Shown piece by piece: positions 57,073-64,000 of a DNA stretch of 64,000 nucleotides (position 1 is the first letter of the stretch; each line of letters starts with the position of its first letter). Where the stretch lies: positions 32,001 to 96,000 of the forward strand of contig OY969807.1 in NCBI GenBank assembly GCA_963703285.1. Reading direction: 5' to 3'. Below the pieces are notes generated by a model. That model was given only the letters and a program-made list of their open reading frames with translations, was not told where the DNA came from and searched no databases. Source of the DNA: an uncultured Nitrososphaerota archaeon. Its GTDB lineage: Archaea; Thermoproteota; Nitrososphaeria; Nitrososphaerales; Gagatemarchaeaceae. A program made the translations under genes and the position numbers.

Positions 57073-57807
57073 TTGCCTCCACTTCCGCGAAGCAGTTGGG
57101 ACCAAACCGTGACGATCCTCGCCATCGTGGTCACCAGGGAGGACCCGTCCGGAGCTCTGAGCAGCCTGGAAGCGCAGACCGTGAAGGCCGACAGGGTCGT
57201 CGTCTCCGACCACCGCTTCAGCGATGGCAAGACGGGGACCCGCGTCGCTAGGTCGATGAACATGACCCTGGCCGAAGTGCCCTGGCGAGGCTACGACTAC
57301 ATCCTGCGGTTGGATGGCGACTCGAAGATACCTCCCGACTTCATCGAGAAGGCTCTACGCGAGAACGCAGACATGGTCGGGTCGGGAGGGTCAGGGCTGC
57401 TGCTGAAACGAGGGGTTCTCGAGGCGATGGGGGGGCGCTGGCCCGTGCTGGACCCGGAGGACTCCTACTTCATCTGGAAGGCGCGACAGCTGGGCTTCAG
57501 CCACAGGCAACCCAGCGTGAGGGGGACGGGACGGCCCTTCGGGAGCGAGTACAACCTCTCTCGGTTCCTCAGCTGGGGGTTCAACGCCTACTGGTTGGGA
57601 TACGAACCGGTCTACTTCCTGAGGATGGTCTTATTGAGCGCCAGGGCTGCGAAGAGGCCCGGTTTCGTCTTGGCCATTCCCGTGTACCTCGACTGTTTGC
57701 TGATAAGGAAGCGGCGCCTCGACGTCGCGGACTTCGTGACGAGAACCCAAGTCAGGCTCATCTCTCGTGGGCTGAGCGGTTCGCGCCCTAGGCGCGTTTC
57801 TAACTAA
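57073..57807 (+). CDS. glycosyltransferase family 2-like protein; start uncertain
   Basis: SLEAQT, YILRLDGD (DxD) and PED motifs. Confidence 0.75.
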   Translation: MPPLPRSSWDQTVTILAIVVTREDPSGALSSLEAQTVKADRVVVSDHRFSDGKTGTRVARSMNMTLAEVPWRGYDYILRLDGDSKIPPDFIEKALRENADMVGSGGSGLLLKRGVLEAMGGRWPVLDPEDSYFIWKARQLGFSHRQPSVRGTGRPFGSEYNLSRFLSWGFNAYWLGYEPVYFLRMVLLSARAAKRPGFVLAIPVYLDCLLIRKRRLDVADFVTRTQVRLISRGLSGSRPRRVSN

Positions 57808-57866
57808 AGCGGAACACCATATCAGGTCCATCGTATGAGGGGATGGTCCACAACGGGGACCCCGGG

Positions 57867-58661
57867 CTACCATCCGCCTATCATCGGCGGGTAGACGCGC
57901 TTGTGCGCGGAGCTCCGGTGGCGTCTGACCACCTCTTCGATGATTTTCAGGTCCACACCGGTCTTCTTCGAGACCTCGGGGGGTGGGAGCTTCTCGTCGA
58001 AGAGGCATATCAGAACCGGATCCAGACGGTCATAGTCGAGCGGGATCTCGTCGACTGCCCTGTGTCCGGGCCAGAGCTGAGGGGAGGAGGGCTTCTGCAC
58101 GACTCGCTCTGGCAGGCCGAGGTACGCGCCCAGCCGCCTGACCTGCGTCTTGTAGAGGTGAGCTATAGGAAGGAAGTCTACGCCGCCATCCCCAAATTTC
58201 GAGAAGAACCCGATCTCGTCTTCGGACTTGTCGCCCGTGCCCGCGACGAGCATTCCTTTGGTATTGGCAAAATAGTAATTGATAATCATCCTGATTCTCG
58301 CTTTGACGTTGGCGTAGGCGATCTTCGTCTCTCCCTCTCTGGGTAGAGTCTTCTCGAATGCCGAGAAGATCGGGTCGATTCCCATCTCATAGGTCTTGAT
58401 TCCCCACCCCTTGGCAAGCGACCTCGCGTCCTCCGTATCCTCCTTCGGGGTGTGGGATGCAGGCATCAGTATCCCGATGACCTTGTCCTTGCCAAGCGCC
58501 CTGACAAGAAGTGCACCCACGACCGCGCTGTCGATGCCCCCACTGAGTCCGATGACGGCCCCATCCCTCCCGGAGTCCGAAACAACCTTTCTGATGAAAC
58601 GCAGAATCTCCTTCTCCGCCTTTGCGCAGTCCAACGACGAAGCCTTGGAATTGATCTGCAC
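57867..58661 (-). CDS. nadE: NH3-dependent NAD+ synthetase
   Basis: GLSGGIDSA, NVKARIRM, KFGDG, LYKTQVR, KPSSPQLW and HKR motifs. Confidence 0.95.
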   Translation of the reverse strand: MQINSKASSLDCAKAEKEILRFIRKVVSDSGRDGAVIGLSGGIDSAVVGALLVRALGKDKVIGILMPASHTPKEDTEDARSLAKGWGIKTYEMGIDPIFSAFEKTLPREGETKIAYANVKARIRMIINYYFANTKGMLVAGTGDKSEDEIGFFSKFGDGGVDFLPIAHLYKTQVRRLGAYLGLPERVVQKPSSPQLWPGHRAVDEIPLDYDRLDPVLICLFDEKLPPPEVSKKTGVDLKIIEEVVRRHRSSAHKRVYPPMIGGW

Positions 58662-58912
58662 TCTACCAAGAAGCGACTCCTACGGATTAAAAGTGTTGGG
58701 TGGCGGGCTCTGGCGCCTATGTGAATGGGAATATCGGTCAGCCATTGACCGTCTCAGGAATTTGGGGTACTCCGTTGACGTTGCGCCGTCGAACCTAACG
58801 AAATTCGACGGAGCCGTGTCCGCACCCCTGATTCGCTTGGTGAGTGGCTTGGGCACTACGGAGGGGATATTTGAGCACAACACTATTATAGCCCAGTTCG
58901 CTGGTTCGATCT

Positions 58913-59323
58913 GTGTTCGTAAGAGCCAAGAGGGTCGGGCGGAGGCGATACCTCTACCTGGTCGAAGGGAGAAGGGACAACGGAAAGGTCAGGCAGGTCA
59001 CGCTCTGCTACCTCGGCCCCCTGTCGGAATTGGCCTCTGGCGTGCCAGAGGCCCTCAGGAGAGGGATTGACGTCCGTCTCCGCGTCGACTGGCAGAGGGT
59101 GAACGACGAGATTGGTCAGATCCCTCTGACGTTCGAGGAACTCTCAGAGGCGAGGAGGGCACAGTTCGCCCTTTCCGCCAGGGCGAGGACCCAGCGAGGG
59201 CGTCCCACCCAGGGCGACTTGCCGAGAAAGGAGGGGGAACTCTCCGCGCTTTCGAAGCTGGCAGCATTGAGATTCGAAGAGCTCTTCGAGGAAACCGGAG
59301 CGCTCACCTTTCGGATGAGGTGA
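58913..59323 (+). CDS. hypothetical DNA-binding protein with IS1634-N-terminus-like beta domain (putative antitoxin)
   Basis: MFVRAKRVGRRRYLYLVEGRRDNGKVRQVTLCYLG; GTGA overlap with the next gene. Confidence 0.6.
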   Translation: MFVRAKRVGRRRYLYLVEGRRDNGKVRQVTLCYLGPLSELASGVPEALRRGIDVRLRVDWQRVNDEIGQIPLTFEELSEARRAQFALSARARTQRGRPTQGDLPRKEGELSALSKLAALRFEELFEETGALTFRMR

Positions 59324-59928
59324 GGAAGATGATTCCGAGCAGAAGAACCCCAGCCGGGCCACGCAAGGGGCCCCGGCGCACACCACCGCGAATCATCCTA
59401 GCGCAGCTCAGGAAGGAGCCGAACGAGCTGAAGAAAAAGATGCTCCTCCTCGGATTCATCTCTGATGAACTATCGAGAAAGGATGGTTTCCTCTTCCTCG
59501 TCGGGGGGCAGGCGGTCGAGACCTACACCGCCGGTCAGTTCACGACCGGAGATGTCGACATCACCACCACTGACCAGGAGGCGACGGAGAACTTGCTGAG
59601 CCGATTGGCCTTCAAGAGAGAGGGGATGGTCTGGCTGAACGAGAAACTGGCCATCGCAATCCACATCGTCGGCTCTTATCCAACGAGGACTGAGAAGGTT
59701 CGCACCCTGGAGGTCGGAGGGTACTTGGTCAGGATAGTTGGGATTGAGGAGTTGATAATAGACAGGCTGAAAGCAGCGAAGTTCTGGAAGAGCAGACGAG
59801 ACTCCGAGCAGGCCGTTGTCCTCTTCGACGGTTTCAGGGAGCGCATTGACCGTGAATATCTCAGGAAGAGAGCCAGAGAGGAGAAGGTCGATGACATCCT
59901 TCCCGAAGTTGGGCGGATGAACGGTTAG
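59320..59928 (+). CDS. AbiEii/DUF6036-like nucleotidyltransferase
   Basis: LVGGQAVETYT...TGDVDI motif and EELIIDRL. Confidence 0.75.
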   Translation: MRKMIPSRRTPAGPRKGPRRTPPRIILAQLRKEPNELKKKMLLLGFISDELSRKDGFLFLVGGQAVETYTAGQFTTGDVDITTTDQEATENLLSRLAFKREGMVWLNEKLAIAIHIVGSYPTRTEKVRTLEVGGYLVRIVGIEELIIDRLKAAKFWKSRRDSEQAVVLFDGFRERIDREYLRKRAREEKVDDILPEVGRMNG

Positions 59929-60071
59929 CAGGTAACTCGGGACAGAGCCTCGATGCGGTTATCTCGAGCACGATGTTTGGCCAGAAGTAGAGCAAGAGAC
60001 CTCAAAATCAATAAAGACTCTCACTGGGAGAAGCCGGAGTCGACGGCGATGCTTTGACCGGGCCCAAAGGG

Positions 60072-60152
60072 ATGAAGATTTTGTCGATCCTGTGGGCCCC
60101 ATTCGGGTTTCGCGTGTTGCTTAAATCTTCGTTCCACCTGTCAAACAGTTGA
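60072..60152 (+). pseudogene. orphan N-terminal stub of the downstream glycosyltransferase (MKILSILWAPFGFR plus read-through)
   Basis: Aligns ungapped with MKTIVLVWGPFGFR at 60887; its TGA overlaps the TTG start of the nuclease gene. Confidence 0.8.
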
Positions 60153-60929
60153 GAAGAGGATCGCACCATTCCGTCGAGGCCAAGCGGAAGGTGTCGGAGG
60201 CTAGAAGAGGAAATCATCCAAAGACAGAGTTCAAGAAGGGTAACACCCTGTGGGTAGGAAGGCATCACTCTGAGGAGTCGAGACAGAGGATTTCTCGGGC
60301 GCTCATCGGTAGGACAGAGTCCGTTGAAACTCGAGCCCGAAAATCTAGGGCACACATGGGAAAGATCCCTTGGAACAAGGGTCTGACAAAAGAGACGACG
60401 CCAAGCTTGGCAAGGATCGGGGAGAAGAAAAGATCGTGGTGGACCGATGATAGGAAGAAACAACTAGCTGAGCGTAACCACTGGTTCTTCAGAGAATGGT
60501 GGAGAAAACATCCCGAACACGCGGAAACAATGGCGAGGGTCGCCAGGCCAACAACAATCGAGATGCTCGCGAGAGAGTCTCTGACGAAGAGAGGGGTGAA
60601 GTTCTCAGTCTGCAAGAGGGTCGAAGAGATTTGTTTTCCCGATCTCTTCCTTCCTGATGAAAAAATCGCGATATTCTGCAACGGTTGTTACTGGCACGCT
60701 TGTCCGAAGCACTGTCCAAGCGTGCCAGACTGGCTTCGAAAGAAGATTAAGGACCGACAAATCTATGAAGAGCTCGGAAGACGTGGTTGGAAGGTGCTAG
60801 CCATCTGGGAACATGAGTTCAAGCTTAATCACGATGTAGCTGGAGAGAGACTTGAACAGATGCTCCATGACGCGAGAGGTGAGTGAATGAAAACCATAGT
60901 CTTGGTTTGGGGTCCCTTTCGGCTTTCGT
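60114..60929. mobile_element. free-standing nuclease cassette inserted in the glycosyltransferase 5' end, with replacement N-terminus
   Basis: AT-richer block between two copies of the W-x-P-F-G-F-R coding segment. Confidence 0.75.
60149..60886 (+). CDS. NUMOD3-repeat DNA-binding region fused to a Vsr/DUF559-like endonuclease
   Basis: HSVEAKRKVS, HHSEESRQRIS, ESVETRARKS, PWNKG; then PTTIE, FPD, FCNGCYWH and GWKVLAIWE. Confidence 0.85.
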   Translation: MRRGSHHSVEAKRKVSEARRGNHPKTEFKKGNTLWVGRHHSEESRQRISRALIGRTESVETRARKSRAHMGKIPWNKGLTKETTPSLARIGEKKRSWWTDDRKKQLAERNHWFFREWWRKHPEHAETMARVARPTTIEMLARESLTKRGVKFSVCKRVEEICFPDLFLPDEKIAIFCNGCYWHACPKHCPSVPDWLRKKIKDRQIYEELGRRGWKVLAIWEHEFKLNHDVAGERLEQMLHDARGE

Positions 60930-61895
60930 GCTGATGAACTCGCGGAATCCGTGGGTGCCGAGAGGGTCAGCATCACCGTCCTCTACGGCCCGCGATACTT
61001 CGCACCCATCCGCTACGTGGCGCTCTTCTTCAAGACCCTTCTGATACTCTCCCAGCGGAAGCCGGATGTCGTCTACGCCCAGAACCCTCCGGTGTTCTGC
61101 CCCCTCACCTGCATGCTCTACTGCCGTGCCACCGGCAAGAAGCTGGTCATAGACCACCACTCGGTTTGGAAGGTCAAGACCCTCGGCCGGGGGCCACTAT
61201 CCAGAATCATAGGGGTCCTTGAGGGGGTCGTCTCCCGCTCGGCCGCTGGGAACACCGCTCCCCACGTCTTCTGGGCCGAGATGCTCAGGTCGATGGGCGC
61301 TAGGAACGTTCTGGTGGTGCACGACTATGTCGAGAGGAACACCAACGCGCGCGACGAAAAGCTGCGGCTCTCCTTCACGGACAGGCCCTTGGTGGCGGTC
61401 TGCTCCCACGGCGGGCATCCCCTCGAGCGTATCGAGGCCGAGGCGTCCGGCGTCGGTCAGGTCGGCTCCGTCGAGCTGCTGATCACCGGCCCGAAAGAGA
61501 AGCTCGAGCGCAGGCTCTCAGCGGTCGCGCTCCCGGAGAACGTCCGGTACCTGGGCTTCCTCCCGAGGCAGACCTACGAGTCGCTCAAGGCCTCCGCCGA
61601 CATGGCGATCAACGTGACCGACGAGCCCTTCACCCTCTCTCACGTGCTCCTGGAGTATGCGGCCAGCTCCCTCCCGGTGATATCCTCCAGGGAGGAAGTG
61701 GTGCGGGGGTTCTTCGGGGACGCCCTGCTGTACACCGACACCACGGACTCCGCCGAGGTCGCGGAGAAGGTGAGGATGATGCTCGACCCGGCCGTCCGTG
61801 ACGAGTACAGGGAGAGGGTGACGAGGTGGTACGGCGAGCTCTCCCTCTCGCACCAGGCCGAGGTGCGGTCGCTCAGGTCGCTGCTGGGCCGATAA
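60887..61895 (+). CDS. glycosyltransferase (GT-B, family 4-like); +1 frameshift near 60917
   Basis: KPDVVYAQNPP, IDHH, YLGFLP and EYAASSLPVISS motifs; ATG 60887 joins the 60951 ORF after skipping one base. Confidence 0.85.
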
Positions 61896-63390
61896 CCGGT
61901 TTCAGGAGGGCCCTCGTGAGCCGCCGGAAGTTCCCGTCGGTCGCGAACAGGAACGCGAAGTAGATCAGCACGCCCAGGATGCCGATCACGGCGAGCTCCT
62001 CCGTGAAGTCGAGGCTGCGAACATGGTAGCTCAGGTAGCCGCCCGCTGCCAGGAAGAAGACACCCATCAGCGCCGACCCCGTCACGTACTTGAGGAACGA
62101 GGGTCTCAGGGAGAGCTTCCCGCTCTTCCTGATTCTGACGACCCGCGCAGCCACGAAGACCGAGAAGACGACCAGCTGGGCGGCCGCCCACGCGTCGATT
62201 ATCGCCTCGGGCGAGGCCCCGATGTGTGCCCCGACGGCGACGATCACGAGGACAGAGAGCACGTAGGCCACGGCGCTCGCGATATCAACGAGGAAGACGA
62301 AGAACAGGTTGCTGTGGAGGAAGTGCGTGAACCCGGCCGAGTCGTCGGCGTCGACCGTCACCCTCCCGGAGAGGACGTTGTCGAGGATCTGTGCCATCGC
62401 GTAGACGAGCGCGGAGAACGCCAGGATTTCCAGGGCCGTCGTGCTCTCGACGTAGTACATCGACTTCGGACTGAGCACGAAGAGTATCGGCTTCGCAAGG
62501 GTCGCAGCCCCGACGGCCATGGGGATTCCGAAGAGGAGCGAAAGGTCGAGCGTGATCGTGGGCAGCTCCTCGGAGCCCGCCCCGCCCCTGAGGAGGAGCG
62601 GGTAGAGCGCCGCCCCAAGGTAGTAGGAATACCCGGCGAGCGTCGCCACCGCGGCCGCCGCCTGATAGAACCCGACCGTCATCGTCCCTCCGGCGACGAG
62701 GCTAGCCACGAAGGTGTCCGCGATGCCGAGTATGTATGGTAGCGTCGCGAGGGAGGGCAGCCAGGCCCGCCTCCACCACCTCCTCCCAGAGTCAGGGTCG
62801 AACGGGAGCTGCAGCGCCCCCCTCGCGAGGAGCGTGGAGCTAGCCGCCTGGGCGAAGTTCGCCGCCATCAGGGAGACTATGACGCCGTCGATGCCCACGT
62901 GGAAGACGATCAGGAGGGGGTACGCGAAAGCAAGCTTGCTGACCTCCGAGGCCATCGTCGAGTAGCCCAGCACAATGGGGTCGTAGCCCGAGACGATGGC
63001 GTTCGATGCCTGGCTCCAGTACGCTATCGGCACGAGGAAGATTGCGAGGAGCATCGTCGTCAGGTCCGAGTGTCCTATTCGGGCGGACGTGGCGAAGGAG
63101 AGCACCGCGTAGAGCGCCATCCCCCCCAGGCTTAGGACCATGTTCATCCCGAGGGCCGTCTTTCCGAGCATCCGCCCCCTCGCTATGTCGCGCGTTGCCC
63201 AGTAGACGAGTATCCCTGCTGGGTACGAGGCGAAGGTGACGAGGTCGAGTACCACCTCCCAGAGCCCGAACTGGGAGACGGAGAGCGACCTGGTCATCAT
63301 GAGGAGGAACGCAAGACCGGTGAAGATGCTGACGAGCCTGAACGAGAAGACCGCGAACCCAGTTCTCCTGACGGAGATGCGTTTCGCCAT
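61873..63390 (-). CDS. polysaccharide biosynthesis / flippase-like membrane protein
   Basis: TRSLSVSQFGLW, VGFYQAA, LYPLLL and many TM helices. Confidence 0.82.
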   Translation of the reverse strand: MAKRISVRRTGFAVFSFRLVSIFTGLAFLLMMTRSLSVSQFGLWEVVLDLVTFASYPAGILVYWATRDIARGRMLGKTALGMNMVLSLGGMALYAVLSFATSARIGHSDLTTMLLAIFLVPIAYWSQASNAIVSGYDPIVLGYSTMASEVSKLAFAYPLLIVFHVGIDGVIVSLMAANFAQAASSTLLARGALQLPFDPDSGRRWWRRAWLPSLATLPYILGIADTFVASLVAGGTMTVGFYQAAAAVATLAGYSYYLGAALYPLLLRGGAGSEELPTITLDLSLLFGIPMAVGAATLAKPILFVLSPKSMYYVESTTALEILAFSALVYAMAQILDNVLSGRVTVDADDSAGFTHFLHSNLFFVFLVDIASAVAYVLSVLVIVAVGAHIGASPEAIIDAWAAAQLVVFSVFVAARVVRIRKSGKLSLRPSFLKYVTGSALMGVFFLAAGGYLSYHVRSLDFTEELAVIGILGVLIYFAFLFATDGNFRRLTRALLKPVIGPAAT

Positions 63391-63396
63391 GTTCGA

Positions 63397-64000
63397 CTAG
63401 TCCAAGAACTTCAAGTTCTTCTCGACCAGCTCGTTGTCCAGCTTCTCGTACGACTCGGTCGTCCCGACGTCGTACCAGAAACCCTCGATGTAGAAGGGCG
63501 AGACGAGCATCCCCCGCTCGACCACCATAGGAACGAAGTGACTCATTATGTCCGGCGCCTCCTTCCCTGCCGCGGCCTCCCTCAGGACGGGGACGCACTC
63601 CTTCGATATGACCAGCGCCCCCACCGTCACGTTGAGGGGGAGGGAGGGCTTCTCCGCAAAGGAGACCACCCTGTCCTTCTCGACCTTGGCCACACCGACG
63701 GGCACCTTGTAGTCTCTGGAGAGCACGAGCGTCACCGCCGACCGCCGCTCCTCGTGCTGTTTCACGAGCCCGCGTATGTCGAGGGTCGTGAGGACGTCCC
63801 CGTAGTAGACGACGAGCGTGTCGAACCCCCTAAGGCTCTCCCCATCGAGCGCGCCGACGAGCGATGCCGCCGTCCCCCTCCTCCCGGGCGGGTCCCTGGA
63901 GTAGCTCATCCTGACGCCGTAGCCGCGTCCGTCGCGGAAGTAGTCCTCGATCTCCTCCGACCGGTGTCCCGTGAGCAGCGTGACGTCCTCGATGCCGTTG
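63397..64000 (-). CDS. sugar-phosphate nucleotidyltransferase (partial, start beyond the window)
   Basis: Open to the window edge: GIEDVTLLTGH...YFRDG, GTA, YGD, FAEKP and FWYDVGT motifs. Confidence 0.9.
   Translation of the reverse strand, partial: NGIEDVTLLTGHRSEEIEDYFRDGRGYGVRMSYSRDPPGRRGTAASLVGALDGESLRGFDTLVVYYGDVLTTLDIRGLVKQHEERRSAVTLVLSRDYKVPVGVAKVEKDRVVSFAEKPSLPLNVTVGALVISKECVPVLREAAAGKEAPDIMSHFVPMVVERGMLVSPFYIEGFWYDVGTTESYEKLDNELVEKNLKFLD

Noticed and set aside
1-64000. CRISPR array, rRNA genes, intact IS elements or provirus
   Set aside because: No regularly spaced repeats, rRNA signatures, full transposases or viral hallmark genes were seen.

Overview
GC-rich archaeal chromosome segment, most consistent with a non-ammonia-oxidising Nitrososphaerota/TACK lineage. 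This is inferred from gene order and protein families; no database search was run. It carries an intron-containing tRNA-Ser(GGA), metabolic genes (purA, a CoxL/CutA-like molybdoenzyme subunit with coxG, gyaR, deoxyhypusine synthase, a frameshifted glmS) and the conserved rps13-rps4-rps11-rpoD-rpl18e-rpl13-rps9-rpoN-eno-rps2-mvk-ipk-fni-GGPPS-gltX cluster. It also carries the rpl7ae-rps28e-rpl24e-ndk-aIF5B-rps6e-aIF2g-rpoE-spt4-rps24e-rps27ae cluster, a likely two-gene S-layer locus and surface-glycosylation genes. The most striking signal is a recurring class of free-standing endonuclease cassettes inserted into the ends of host genes that appear to rebuild the interrupted gene with a recoded copy of the lost terminus. 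(1) A LAGLIDADG gene lies between an orphan rps11 N-terminal stub (MSEEEFLRDKWA) and a replacement start ([13 protein letters not shown]). (2) A NUMOD3/Vsr-like nuclease lies between a glycosyltransferase stub (MKILSILWAPFGFR) and a replacement start (MKTIVLVWGPFGFR). (3) A double-LAGLIDADG gene follows an rps28e whose last ~17 codons switch abruptly in codon usage; this third case is weaker. aIF2-gamma also carries a 639-aa endonuclease-containing intein in its P-loop, with flanking residues that look like those of aIF5B. Several single-base frameshifts suggest the assembly contains indel errors.
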